A stretch of DNA of 64,000 bases from Azolla caroliniana (GCA_043228905.1 JBHGNT010000017.1:11842001-11906000), one strand, 5' to 3'. Counted from the first letter of the stretch, positions 35,031 through 48,352 are shown. Notes: generated from the sequence alone by a model not told the origin. Made by a program: numbers and translations.

Positions 35031-38000
35031 ATGCAAGTCGACTGACCCTAAGGAGGAAGTAGAATTCGGATTAAGTATCAAAGCTCACCTCCAGACACCA
35101 CAAAGATCCCTATTGTGACATATACACAAACGGGAAAGAAATTCATGTTTGAAGACGAAGACGTGAGGTAGCCGTCTGACGAGGTTAGTCAGAAAACATC
35201 TGTTGCGGTTGGAGGAAGTGAGGACCAGTTAGACATAGACTTAATTGGATATGAGTGGGCAATGCAATATGTAGACTCGAAAAAGAAAGTAGTATTGTTA
35301 GTTACCAGACTGGCTGAACGTGGTATGCTTGCTCAAGATCGTGCATTTAGCTATGGCAAAATCTTGCGGCTGGACTATGAAGACACGGACTCAACTAATT
35401 TGATTGTATTAGTCAACTGTACAAAAGGAGTCCAACAGATGATCATCTCCGAAGACTACTTGTTGAAGGATTCATGAGGACCACAATCCTTCCGACATGC
35501 TATTGAGACAAGTACTAACTTAATAACAACATTGAGGCCATATATTCAAGGTCATGTTAATTTGAAGACTGCCTCCTTATCGCCTATTAAAGCACCAATA
35601 AGGAAATCTGTGGTGCAATCTAGGCCTCCAAGAAAGAAGGTGACGAGAATGTCAGATTCTGAGTCATTGAGTTCAATAGATGATGAAGAGGCTCAATCTA
35701 CACAAGGAGCAGAGCTTGGATCTGGTGTTCTCATCAGAACAAAATAAAATTAGAAGAAACATAATACATAGAAAACTTGTGCAGAAGGGGCAAGTTTTTA
35801 ACCTTCTGATAACCCATATTCATCCCCCCCCCACTGGATGAGAATATAGGACATCGCCCTTTGGAGATCAGGGAACCACATAAGCTGCATATCTAAAATT
35901 TAAAGAAGAAGATGAAAATCAACCCTCATGCAACAGTTGTGCCTTTTATTGTAATGGTGGATCCTCTTCAATGCTCTAAGCTAGAGCGACCAATACAATT
36001 ATTTTGTGATTGGAGGATCTCACTCAGCGGAGCCAAGACGACAATTAGTCCGCGAGCATCCCACAACGTTATTCTTCAAATATGTGGAATGCAAAATTTA
36101 TGTGGGGTTAACAACTGAGGAGGCGAACTTGTTAGCATGGGACCACAATAATGACAATGACTACCAGCAGAAGATGTCCTCCATCGAATGCATTAGATTT
36201 TTTCACCACGAGTACCTCGACGAGAAAACCAAATTTGGAGCAAAATTATATCCAGCTCTACGACGTCAATGTCTCCACGAAGTGGGAATTGTGGTGGACG
36301 ATGCGGTGAAGTCTGATGGAATCAGAAAGTATGAGCCATGGTTTCAACTCGCATTTAGGGATGGAGGAGTCTGGGATCTTCAAGATCAAATATTTACGAT
36401 GTGGGAGAATAAGGAAGTGAAGGGTCAAAGACAAAAGAAGTCAAAAGTTGACCCTCAATTAGAATTGAAGAGCTCAGCTGCGAAGAAGATTGAGCTTACC
36501 ATTGAGGAAGCGGCAGATGATATGAAGTTGTCTTTATGGAGGGCAATGCAAGGGATCAAAGATGAGCAACTTCTTATATCTGTGCTTTCAATAGTTCTAG
36601 GAAAGGAGCTGAGCCTAGAGGAAATGGTTACGGAGTTCAACAAGTAAGGTCTTACTAAATGTTTTATGGTTTATCTTGTTTTAAGAAATGAATTTTTAAT
36701 GTTGGTTTATAAATTTTCAGCCACAAAGTCTATTTGCAAATACAAGAACTGATGATGAAGCAACTAGGTTGCTTATCGTGGGAACAAGTGACTGAAGAAT
36801 ATCTGATAACGTCTTCTTACAAGGCCTTATCGGAATATTTCATTGTATTTAAGGATTGGGTGAGTATAACTCTTTGTTTGATCAATTTTTGGTGGTCCAT
36901 CCCGTGTATCACTATAACTTTGTTGATGTCTTATTTTTTTAGAAACCATGTCGGAGTAAGAGGCTTGGTGAAATAAAGGATATACATGACTTTCCAATAT
37001 CCTTTCTTGTGCATCTTGAAAGGGCCAAAAAATAGAAGGATCGATGCTTGGTAAGGGCGTTTGAGGTGGAAGATGACGGCACCTTCAAGAAGTTCCCCCA
37101 CAAATAAGACATCACCAGAGATCTGTACTACAATGTTTATTGTGGTGATGTGGCTGACATGATCCAGAAGCTACCAAAGAAAGAGTATACGTTAATGGTA
37201 GCTGATATTCCATACGGTTTTCGTATAGCTAGTTCAATCTACGATGATGAACCTTTTAGGTTCAAGCAGTTGGAAAAAATGGTAAAAGATTTCGCTGACT
37301 TGACCACCGCTTCCTTGTGGAGAATTGTAATATTTCATACCATGGATCAGGGACATTCCGTGGCTCAAGCGTTGAGATCTCATTGTCATTGAATTGAGAA
37401 CCTTGCTTGTTAAGGATTTTATCGAAAGCACTGTATTTCAATAGGAATTATATATTCTAATTTAAACTGCTTATAACTTTTTTCTCAATGATCAAGATTA
37501 AAACCAACGTAAATAGGGGACCGACTTTTCGGTGCATCAATGCAATGGAATATATAACAATTGGTTATTATGACGAGATCAAGAAGCAAAGAATCAAGGA
37601 GCATTCGAATGAGGTAAGATGCTCAAACCTGCTTGTATATCCAGCCGTGACACGGAAGCTTCGACATGTGACCACGACTAAGCGCGGGCTTGTGAATCCC
37701 TACCAGAAGCCCCAACGTTTAATGATGCGCCTTGTGGAGATGTTTTTGAATGAAGATGACTGGATATTGGACTTGTTTTCTAGCACAGGTAAATGGTCGA
37801 ATAATTTTCCCAATGTGTTGAAGGTTTTATTTATATTTAGACCTATGATAATACTCATTATTTCTTATTTATGGTGTTTAGGCACCACTTCGGCATGTGC
37901 TTTGAAGCTTTTCCGAAATTCGGTCGCATTGGAGAAAGATGAGGAGCAGGTGAACTTCATCAAGATGAGGCTTCGCGCGCTTTGGAAATGCCCCGATCAA

Positions 38001-38237
38001 GATGAGGAGGTAGGGGCCAAACATATGGCAGATACCGAACGTTTTCAGCCTACCTCCCGTGAACCGATCCCTCCTTTGGCTAGTGAACCTGGGGAACTCA
38101 TAAAGCTTGACGATGACTTAACAGAGGACCCCACGGTAGCGAGTCTATCTGGAGTGGATACTACTACACTAAATGTGGATGATAGTTCACCGATTGATGA
38201 TGAATCCAATGATATGGATACTCTCCTAGCGATGTAG
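35031..38237 (+). pseudogene. Multi-exon gene fusing a ParB-like domain to a beta-class N6A/N4C DNA methyltransferase; degenerate
   Basis: ParB-like region about 35850-36170 (EIREP..., YNYFVIGGSHSAEPRRQL...EEANLLAWDHNN). MTase VYCGDVADMIQKLPKKEYTLMVADIPYG (motif IV at 37204-37215), then NPYQKPQRLMMRLVEMFLNEDDWILDLFSSTGTTSACALKLFRNSVALEKD after splicing. Introns 36644-36720, 36860-36942, about 37410-37488 (degenerate) and 37789-37881. The 5' end is uncertain. Confidence 0.85.
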
Positions 38238-39369
38238 TTAGAGTTTATAAAAAAACTTTTAATGTATTTACTTCTGATCAAAGATCTTTTAATCAATTCT
38301 ATTTCTTAATATGATCCAATTTATTTGTTTATATGGTGTTATATTATGTTTTAATTAATGTGTTGCTATGTTTATATCTTGTGGCACATATTTATTAAAT
38401 TTGTTGGACTATCATCTAAGTATATAGTTAAGATCAAAGAAAATGTATGTTCATTCTTCATATTTACCCATCAATTGTGTTTATAAAACTTAGTTCCATG
38501 TTTGCTATTGCCAATCACTTTTTGAATTTATTATACTTATAGAATAATTATGATAAATAACATTTAGTGGGATTGAAGGAGGCATTTGTAGATATTGGGG
38601 AGTATTTGCTTTATTAGAGGGGATTGTACAACAATAATCATGTTTCTATGGTTAATGGTTGTCTGGACTAGATGTATGGAGGGCTATCAATGTGTGATCT
38701 GTATAGATTATTATTACTCCATTTGTATATATGTGTTTAACCTCTTGATTTAGTGTTTATGTGTAGACAATGAAATGAAATTTTTTATACATGCTTTAAT
38801 GTTAATACCGGAGAGTTATCTCTATTATGGCATCCAAAAATTTAGGATTGCCTATACCTTAATAATAGTCATATATGTTATGTAAACTAATAGCTATGAG
38901 TACACTTTTGTACTTCTAATTTTCATGTGTTGTCATGAACATATACATTTGGTATTATATCCTAATAACCTTTACTAACTATTAGTCATTATGTATTGTA
39001 TTCAATAATATGTAAATATCAATTTCTCAAATAGCATATACACCTCTCTTGGAAAGTTTAACCACTATAAACCTATGCACTTTACATCTCACGAAAATGG
39101 AATTCCTATTTGTTAATGCTTTAGTCAAATAATTAATTTGTATAAAATGTGTGGTAAAAACCAACCCTAAATTTGTAAACATTGCAAGAATAAATCTAGT
39201 ACATTTATATTTTCTCCAATAAATAGCATATTCTCTTGATATAGAGATGTATCCGATTAATAAATCAATAAATTCACCCTTTGTGGTTTATCATGTGATA
39301 CTGGTGCACGTCATATTTCACAACAAGCTAAAATTGTGTAACTATAATAAAGGGAATCTAAAAGTGAAA

Positions 39370-39404
39370 TGCGCGATCCTTCCACTTCTAAATGCGAACG
39401 TGTT
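39370..39404 (-). repeat. Right TIR of G
   Basis: Reverse complement is AACACGTTCGCATTTAGAAGTGGAAGGATCGCGCA. Confidence 0.92.
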
Positions 39405-41134
39405 CCGGGTGATGGTCGGATATATGAGGCTTCTGACTATTTGTCGGAACCATGTCAGCTTGCATATCATTTCGGATTCGAGGCAGAGCTTCACATTCCT
39501 ATCGAGAGGAGTTGAGACGGACTTGCATTCTGTCATACCGAATTTGAAGAGCATACTCAACACATAGTCACGTTGACTTATCAATATGCCTTCCAAGGTG
39601 TGTGGATCACTTCGATCCTGAGGAAGTAGTGAAGGTCACGATGATCCTTCGTGTCAAACAATGCCATGAGTTCAGATTTGATGCGGTCGATTTTGTCAAG
39701 GTCGGCGCCGGCGATGACTAAATCATCAATATAAAGCAAAATACTTACCGGCTTGTTCTGACCTCGCTGGATGAACAGGGAAGAGTCTGACCTCGATGCG
39801 GCAAAACCCATCCGACGCAGTCGTTGCGTGATTTTCGCGTTCCAGGCACGCAGGGCTTGCTTGAGTCCATAACGAGACTTCTTCAGTCGTCAAACGGCCA
39901 ACATGTTCATTCCAGACTAAAATCCAAGGGGTTGAACCATGTATACTTGTTCCTCAAGATCACCTTGCAAGAATGCATTTTTCACATCTATTTGATGTAG
40001 ATACCATCCCTTCGCCGCTTCCACCGCAAGCAAGACACAGATGGTCGTCATCTTTGTGAATGGAACGAACGTCTCATCGTAGTCGATGTTGTGATGCTGC
40101 GTGTAGCCTTTAGCCACTAGTCAGGCCTTGTACCTGTTAACAGAGCCGTCGACATTGTGTTTGACTTTATACACCCACCGGCAACCGATCAACTTCACTC
40201 CTTTTGGTGTGTCCACCAAGTCCCACGTCTCATTTTCCATGAGCATGTGCATCTCTTCCTCCATGACCTTCTACCAATTCGGATCCTTAGTCTCTTGTGC
40301 GTAGCTCTCCAACTCAAGCACACCTGTCACCTTTGCCATGTACGTATAATGATGCGCCATATACTCATTATATCCGTACCGAACTACGGGGTGCTTCTAG
40401 TGGGTAGAGCGGCGCAATTTTTGCTTTGCCAATTTGATGGCCCCCTTGTCCAACTCTGACCTCTTCTCCGGAGTTCTATCTTCTTGCTTTCCGAAGTCAC
40501 TCTGATCCGACTCTTCCCTACCGGTGTCATACTCCGGCATCTTCTTCTTCCCTCTCTCTTTGCGCATGAACCGTCTCCTTGGTTCCTTGTGAGGGGAGAG
40601 CACGCCCAAGTCTTCGCTACTCGCCGGCTCGTCATCTAATTGACCACACTGGCTCAACCAATCCAGATTTGGTCCATTGATCCGGAGGGTAGTCGGACTA
40701 TCCAGTCGTTCGGATCCCGCAACACTTCCCTCTGTACCGGAAAGAGTCGTCCCATCTACAACAATCAACTCGGGTTTGGGTGATGCAAGGTACCAAGATG
40801 CTGATTCGTCGAAGACGATATCATGGCTAATTCAGACTTGCTTCGAATTGGGGTTCTAGCACTTATACCCCTTCTGCTCATTAGAGTAGCCAACTAGGAT
40901 GCACTTCTTGGATTTTGCATCCAGTTTCTTCCGCTTTTCATCCTGCACATGCACATATGCAATGATGCCAAATACCCGAAGGTGTGCTGAAATCGTCGAT
41001 GAAGCAGACGAAATAACGACTCCTGTTAATGCTCATGTTTTGTGATGGTCCTCACTCATCCAAATGGATGAGTTCGAGCCAATTCCGGCTTCGATTCTTC
41101 TCATTGGGGAACGGAAGCCTCTGTTGCTTCGTGA

Positions 41135-41957
41135 CAAATAGAGGTCCCTGAGGCTACCATCCTCAAATCGTACTTCAGGGAATATTCAGTTACCACCAAA
41201 TTCCACAGGACACAAGGTGAACCTGACCTCATGTTCAAGGAAGTTACCAAGTTCCTGTTAGAAATCGTTTGCGTGTACCCAAAGACATATGCATTGCCCA
41301 AGCATGAGCAGGGTACATTATCGCGACATATGAAGGAGTGAAGGTCAATTGGACCATGACCGTAGCAAACACCCTCGGGGATCTTGGATCTACAAGCCAA
41401 AAAGAAGGCCACAATAGTCATCACCCAATGGATATCTATCCTTTATCCACCCGTCCTAGCGTTGGAGCCAAGGAAGACTTCGAAGAAGGAAAGAACAACG
41501 AATATGCCAAAGCAACGTCGATGACATCAGATGATCAATGTCCCACAAATGGAGTGGTAGGAGGAGAATCCTCCTAGAGCCGACAGAGCAAAACAATCGT
41601 CAAAGCTAGCCAAACTAGTGTCGGCAATACCGGATGCAACCACCAGGTCTATAGCGGTGGAGTCAACCATAATGGTCAAAAAATCAGTAGCCGACAATTC
41701 AGATGATAGAGTCAATCTAGGAAGGGATATAGCAACTCCAGTAGTAAAGGCCGAAGAATCGACCAGTCTCAAAGAAGAAGCACCCAAGAAGAAGAGGGTT
41801 TCTATGGTTGAAGAGAACATTCAGCCGACTAAGCGATGAAGATTGATTCATCAAGGAGAAAAGGCCAACACCCAACCTAGTCTAGGAGCATATAGAGAGG
41901 CAACATACGAGCTAGAAATGGTTGAGCCAAAAGAGACCAAGGAGGAGCACGTGGTTG
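41135..41957 (+). pseudogene. Fragment of an unidentified TE-associated ORF family (copy 2); may continue at about 47715-47960
   Basis: SYF...HRTQG...FKEVTKFLLEIVCVYPKTYALPK..AGYIIATYEGVKVNW (one frameshift) matches the 22.4-22.6 kb ORF. Confidence 0.55.
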
Positions 41958-44900
41958 AACCGGCTCGATTGGATAGCAATAGAATACTGACATGTTTAAT
42001 GGAACCTTAAAAATACATGGGAGGTACAGAGAGAGCAGAACAGTAAAGTCAATTCAAAATAATAAGACTCTGTATACAATGTGGTCAGTGAGCACTTTTA
42101 TACAGGTCATTAAAAGCACTAACAAAAGTACTGACAAGTACTTCAAATACAGGAAACTGACACTAACTCCTAAAAATATGCCTACGTACTAGGCTAGATT
42201 CCTAGGCCTCTAACGGCCTACCGGTTACAATCCGATCCGGCTCTCAGATCCAACTCCTGGTTCTAGATGTCTATCTGGTTCTCCATTTCGGATACCGATC
42301 CGGCTCTAGCTTATTCAGCTCATCTGGATCCGGTTGAGCTTGTCCACTCGACGCTCCCCCTCAAGCTCAACTTGAGATCGGATCGTCGTGTCTGTGTCTG
42401 TGGTAGCTAGTCCTCTCCTCCGGTTCTTCCTTGGCGTCCTCCCACTTGGCTCACGCTCCTCTTCCGGTTTAGTTCTTCCCGCGACGCATTTGGTTCCGCG
42501 CATCTCAACGTTCTCGGTCAGTGTCTGCTCAAAAGGCCCATCTCAGCTCCTTTGTTGTTGCTACTATGGTGCGTCTCGACCTATCGATTCCACCGTGTAG
42601 GTGTCGCCTTCTGCTGACTTCTTGTCTGTTTGGCCTTTATTTGATCCGGCTCCTCTGAATCAAGCGCCTCTTCCGAATCGAGTGACTCTGATTCGTTCCA
42701 AGTCTTCTTGAATTAATTGTCTCCAATTCGTCTTCGATTCACAGACCTTTCACGACATTAGACCACATATGTGTCTTGGTCTTCTTGCCCTTCTTGTCTT
42801 TACGCCCCCCCCCCCTTGTTCGGTTGGCTCTAGCTCGAGCACTCCATTCCGGTGGCTCCCCCTGCGTCCGGTCTCAGCTTCTTCAGTTGTCTCGTGTAGT
42901 CTGACTTCTTCAGACGGGCCAAAGTCGAAATCGGTTTCTAATTCGACTTTTCTATCGTCTTTCTCATTCCTCCCCCTCAAGTTTGGCATATCGAGGTATT
43001 GCACGCACAGTGCACCAGAAATTTTCCACAACTTGTCCAAGCCGAGGGGTTTGGTGAAGATATCAACGACCTATCATTCCGTCGAAACATGGAGCAATTC
43101 CACGTCACTTGAGAGAACGCGCTTTCGGACAAAATGATAGTGCACCTCAATGTGCTTGGTCCAAGCATGAAAGACAGGGTTCTTTGCCAACTAGATGTTG
43201 CTAAGGTTGTCACAATAGATCGTCATCCGATCAGATACCTCCACTCGCAGATCCTTCAAGAGCCTCTTGAGCCATATGGCTTCGCATGTCACGACAGCCG
43301 CTCGTCGATACTCGGCCTTGGTGCAGACAGTGCTATTGTCGACTGCTTTGTACTGCTCTAGGCGATCGCGACGCTTCCAAGGGAAAATACATATTCGGAT
43401 GTAGACCCGCGGTCGCCGGCATTTCTGGCCCAATCGACATCCATGTAGCCAACAAGTTGTCCGGCTATACTTGTCCGATACAATAACCCCCTGTCCTTAG
43501 TGCCGCTAACATACATGAGTATTTGGTGCGCACACAAAAGGTGCTCCATAGTCGGATGCACCATAAATTGACTGATCAATCCAACCAGATAATTGAGGTC
43601 TAACCAGGTTATGGTTAGATAGATAAGGCTTCCGACTATATGTCGAAACCTTTTCAGGTCGCATGCCATTCCAGAGTTGGGGCAAAGCTTCACATTCCGG
43701 TCAAGAGGGCTCGAGACGGATTTGCGTTCTATCATACCGAATTTGAAGAGCATACTCAACACTAGTGGCGTTGACTAACCAGTATGCCTTCCTGGGTGCA
43801 GATCACTTCGATCCTGAGGCAGTAGTGAAGGTCTCGTAGATCCTTCATCTCGAATGATGCCGCAAGCTGGGATTTGATGTAGCCGATTTCGTTCAGGTCG
43901 GCGCCAACGAGAAGATTATCCACATAGAGCAATATGCTCACCAATTTGTTCCAAGCTTGCCGGATGAAAAGTGAAGAGTCCAATTTGGACGGAGCAAACA
44001 CCATCCGACGCAGGCTCTGTGTGATCTTCACGTTCCAAGCGCGCAATGCTTGCTTGAGTTCGTAGAGGGACTTCTTCAATTGGCATACCACCGATGTATT
44101 CCCTCCAGAATGAAATTCGGGGAGCTCAACCATATACACCTGCTCCTAAAAATCACCTTGCAGGAACACGTTCTTTACATCCATCTGATGTAGATGCCAC
44201 CCCTTCGCTGCTCCCACCGCAAGGAGGACACAGATGGTCATCATCTTTGCGACCGACGCGAACGCCTCATCTTAGTCAATGTCGTGCTGTTGTGGATAGC
44301 CTTTGGCCACTAACCGGGCCTTGTACCTGTTGACAGAGCCGTTAGTGTTGTATTTAACCTTGTATATCCACCAACAACCGATCGGCTTCACTCCTTTTGG
44401 AACATCCACCAAGTTCCACGTCTCATTCTCCGTGAGCACATGCATCTCTTCCTCCATGGCCTTCCACCAGTTCGGGTCCTTAGCCACTTCAGCATAGCTC
44501 TCCAGCTCACGCTCGGCTGCCACCTTCGCCATGTACACATAATGATGCGCCATATATTCGTTATACCCGTACCTCTTCATGGGCTTCTTCTAACGGGTGG
44601 ATCGGCGCAATTCCTGATTCGCCAATTTCGTGGCCTTCTTGGCCAACTCGGAATTCATCTCTGAAGGTTCATCTTCGTTCTTTCTGGAGTCGGATTCCCT
44701 CCAATCTAACTCGTCTCTGTCGACGGCGTATTCCTACATATTCTTCTTCCCCTTCTCTTTTCGCGTCAACCGTCTCCTCGGTCGAGTGAACACTACTCGC
44801 CGGTGCATCATCCGACTGGTCATTCCTACTCAATGGTACATTCGGCCCACTTAGCCAGAATGAGATCGGAGTCTCATCTAGAGTACCGAATCCTTCTTCA

Positions 44901-47714
44901 TCTTCTGCCCGGATTGTTTCGGGCTTACTGGCCTCATCCTCAGGAATCAGGTCGAAGTCAAACATCGGAGTCGGTAGAGAGTACCATAATGCCGACTCAT
45001 TAAATTCGACATCTCGGCTCACTCGAACTTGTTTTGTTCAGGGGTTATAGCACTTATAACTCTTTTGCTCATGTGAGTAGCTGACTTGGATGAACTTCTC
45101 CAACTTCAGGTCCAGCTTTCTCCACTTCTCATCCGACACATGCACCTATGCAATGCTACCGAATATCTTAAAGTGTCTTAATTTCGGCTTCCGTTCGAAA
45201 TAGAGCTCGTGTGCTGACACCTTATCACCGATACGGTTTTGGATGTAGACGGTCGTCCGGACCGCTTAGGCCCAGTAGAACTTGGGCATGCTCTTCTCTT
45301 CGAGCATTGCCCGTGCTGCCTCCACTATTGACCAGTTCTTCCTTTTGGCCACACCATTTTGTTCCGGTGTGTATTTGCAACTGAATTCTCTCCGAAGTCC
45401 CATTTTGCTATAGATAACGGTTGAATTGGCCTGAAAAATATTCTTTTCCGCCATCCGACCATAGGCACTTGATATTCCTTTTCATTTCCCATTCGACTAA
45501 ACTCTGCAAGTTCTGAAAACAATCGAAAACTTCACTATTCTTCTCGAGGCAGAAATAGTTGTCTTGGATCCATGTGTGCCGGCTATAGTCGTCGATGAAG
45601 CAGACAAAATATCGGCTCCCGCCAAGACTCATGTTCTGTGTCAGTCCCCATACATCCAAATGTATTAGATGGATCTTGTTACGGCTCTAGTTTCTTTTAG
45701 TGAGGAACGGAAGTCGGTGTTGCTTTCTGAGCTAGCAGGCTTCACATATTGGGGCCTTCCGGCCACTGAATTTCGGCAATCCGGAAACAACTTCTTTTGA
45801 TTGCAGGTCCTAAAGCCTCTAATAGTTCACCTAGCCAATCTACTTGTGCCACAAGTCGATATTCGATTTACCCTCATGTCCTTCTACGAACATAGCGGTG
45901 TCGGCGTTGTTGGTGTCGAGGATAAGCATCCTCCCGTCATGGCCCCCTTGCGCGATGATCCGGCCCTCTTCCTCAATGAAGCACCCGAGGTGCATAAACC
46001 ACATCTGCATGCCCTGGTTGACAATCTGATAGACCCATACTAGGTTCTTTGTAATTTTGGGGATGTGAAGAATGTTCATAAGCTTCCCTTTTTGTCCAAC
46101 ATGACTCAAGGGAACTTCTCCAACATGCACGATCGGGTGAGGAGTGTTGTCTCTGGTTTCAAAAATTCCCAGTTGCTCCGGTTTTTCCAAAAAAGACAAC
46201 CACTCTTCATGGCTCATCATGTGGTTTGATGCTTGAGAGTCAATGTACTACACTTCCCCCGAACCGGAGGTGTTCTTCTTCATTGAGTTTGCCTTGTGCT
46301 TCATCACAAAGGCTAGCCCTTTTCCTGTCTTACCGGTTCCGGATCCTTTCGATCCTTCTACGTAGTGAGAGCTTTGCCGGTTTCCTCGACCAGCCTTGCC
46401 AAATCTGGATTTATCCAAATCGGCACCCTTCTTCCAGATCTCGCTCTGTCTATGGCCCTTCCGGCCATAGTACCGATGTTCCGTTGTGGTCTTCTCTTGC
46501 CGGTTTCTGGCGCCGCTTTGACTCCCCCTACTTATAGAGGGTTCAGAACTGTTGTCAGCACCATCCTTGTGCCTCCGATTCTGCTCTTGTTGGCCGCTTC
46601 CACCGCTTGCCAATCCGCCTCATCTGCTAGGACCACGGGGTCAATCTACCTCCGTGTACAACATCCTGTTGTCAGTGTGCGTGCTCGTTGATGCACCCGC
46701 ATGGTTCTCCTCTACTAGGAGCATCAACTGTAAGTCGAAAAATGAGGGTGTATTCTCCCTTGTATAGTCAATCGTCTGGAATGCTCCGAAATTTGATGCC
46801 AGGCCCCTGAGACAAACCTGCAACATCTCATCTTCCTCGACGGTAACATTGATAGGGGGGCAAGTGAGTAGTAGATGTCTTTGATCTAGTCCATATAGTC
46901 GTCCATCGACATGTCCTTGTATCGGACATTGCTCAAAAATTGTCGGAGTTGCATCTTCCGGGCCGTGGTGCTTGCGGCGAAGACCTTCTTCAGGTTTCCC
47001 CAAGCTTCCTTCGGCGTCTTGGCGTCCCAGATATGGCTCAGCAACTGATTGCCGACATTGGATCCAACGCAGTACATAACATTGCTTGCCGCTTGTTCCC
47101 AAGCCGGGAAGTCCCTATGTGCCACATCAAGTGTTGTATCATTAGCTTCGTCGACATAACTCCAGTACCGTGCCCGAGCAGGTACTAGTGCATCTTGTAC
47201 GACCAAGATGCATAGTTGGATCTAACAAGCTAGCCATTCCTAGGTCCATATTTTTCTTCTGTCAGTGCTTTACCGAGTGTTAGGGTTTGTCTTCAGAAAA
47301 ACAAACGTTTGTTGGTTGTAGAGGTTCTCAACCCTCACGCTCCGATACCATGTAAAAGTGAATATGCGGAAGCTAAAACAAAACCGGCTCGACCAGATAG
47401 CAACAGAATACAGACAGGTTTAATGGAACCTTAACAATACACAAGAGAGACAGAGAGAGTAGAACAGTAAACTCAATTGAAAATAATAATTCTATGTACA
47501 TACAATGTGCTCAATGAGCACTTTTATACTAGTCGTTAAAAGGACTGACAGAAGTACTAACAAGTACTTCAATGCTCATACGAGCAACTGATATTGACTC
47601 CTAAACATATGCCTGCGTACTAGGATAGATTTGTAGGCCTCTGCCAGTTACAATCTGATGTGACTCTTGGTTCCGGATACCGATCCGGATCCGGTTGATC
47701 TAGTCCGTTCAATA
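41958..47714 (-). mobile_element. Copia J, near full-length and heavily decayed (family of H and L)
   Basis: 3' LTR about 41958-42353 (outer end truncated), 5' LTR 47351-47714, PBS 47339-47350, PPT about 42354-42362, with gag, PR, INT, RT and RH fragments in order. Confidence 0.88.
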
Positions 47715-47962
47715 GGAAGCAGCTAACATGATAGGCATCCTTCATAGTAGTTGATCGCGTGCTCTAGTTCCCGGAGGTACCAGTAGTTGCACATGAATTC
47801 GCAACCATTTTGCAATTACGAACGAGTTATGAGCTCATGGAGTGGCTCGATCAACAAATGACCTTTGCAACTTCCCAACTAGAAAATGAACATGAAGGAA
47901 GGGAGAAGGAAAAAAGGGCGACAAAGAAGGCCAAGACTAGGTCGAAAAAGCATAGTTGACCG

Positions 47963-48187
47963 TGTTGGAAAATATAAGGAAGAGAATAAAAATTGTAAAA
48001 TAATTAAATAAACATTTATGACTCCTGATATGAAGAGTCACACAAATAGACTTATGTATTCTATAAGAAAAAAATACATGCCTTTCTCTAATTGAGGAGA
48101 GAAGAGCAACAGGAAACTCCTAAATAAACTAAATTCATTTCTCTCTCTCTATCTCCCTTTCTCTATTTCTCTACATGGTATCAAAGC
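47963..48187 (+). mobile_element. Short LTR (47963-48175) plus Met PBS of an element interrupted immediately by copia L
   Basis: TGTTGG...CTACA followed by TGGTATCAAAGC. Confidence 0.55.
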
Positions 48188-48352
48188 AAGGTTGTGTTGA
48201 GTGGACAAGCTCAACATGATCCGGATCAGCTGAATAAGCCAAGACCTGGATCGGTGTCCGGATTGACGTCTGGAATTGGGAGTCAGATTGGTGTCTAGAT
48301 CTGAGTGTAACGTAGGCCATCAGAGGCTACGATCCTAGCCAAGTAGATAGGC

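Larger units (their letters stand above)
25579..39404. mobile_element. DNA transposon G (Sola-like TIR element) carrying a transposase and a ParB-methyltransferase gene
   Basis: 35-bp TIRs at 25579-25613 and 39370-39404 (33/35 identical). CCGG on both sides (25575-25578 and 39405-39408). Inverted subterminal 14-mer ACCAGTATCACATG at 25684-25697 and 39292-39305. Clean insertion into the copia H RT. Confidence 0.92.
23909..41131 (-). mobile_element. Copia H, 5'-truncated (3' LTR 23909-24360, RNase H, RT, integrase remnants); split by DNA transposon G
   Basis: PPT at 24361-24370; RNase H GYTDANW...RRSTSG; RT pieces at 39405-40400. The frame TITRSDLSY is restored when G is removed. Confidence 0.85.

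Noticed and set aside
35031-38237. Bacterial contamination or prophage as the source of the MTase
   Set aside because: The gene has GT-AG introns and lies inside TIRs inserted in a plant copia with a target duplication.
41953-48194. GGTTG next to the J and L LTR ends as a shared TSD
   Set aside because: The two elements are in opposite orientation and both GGTTG copies lie on the left side of their LTRs, so the geometry does not fit a TSD.
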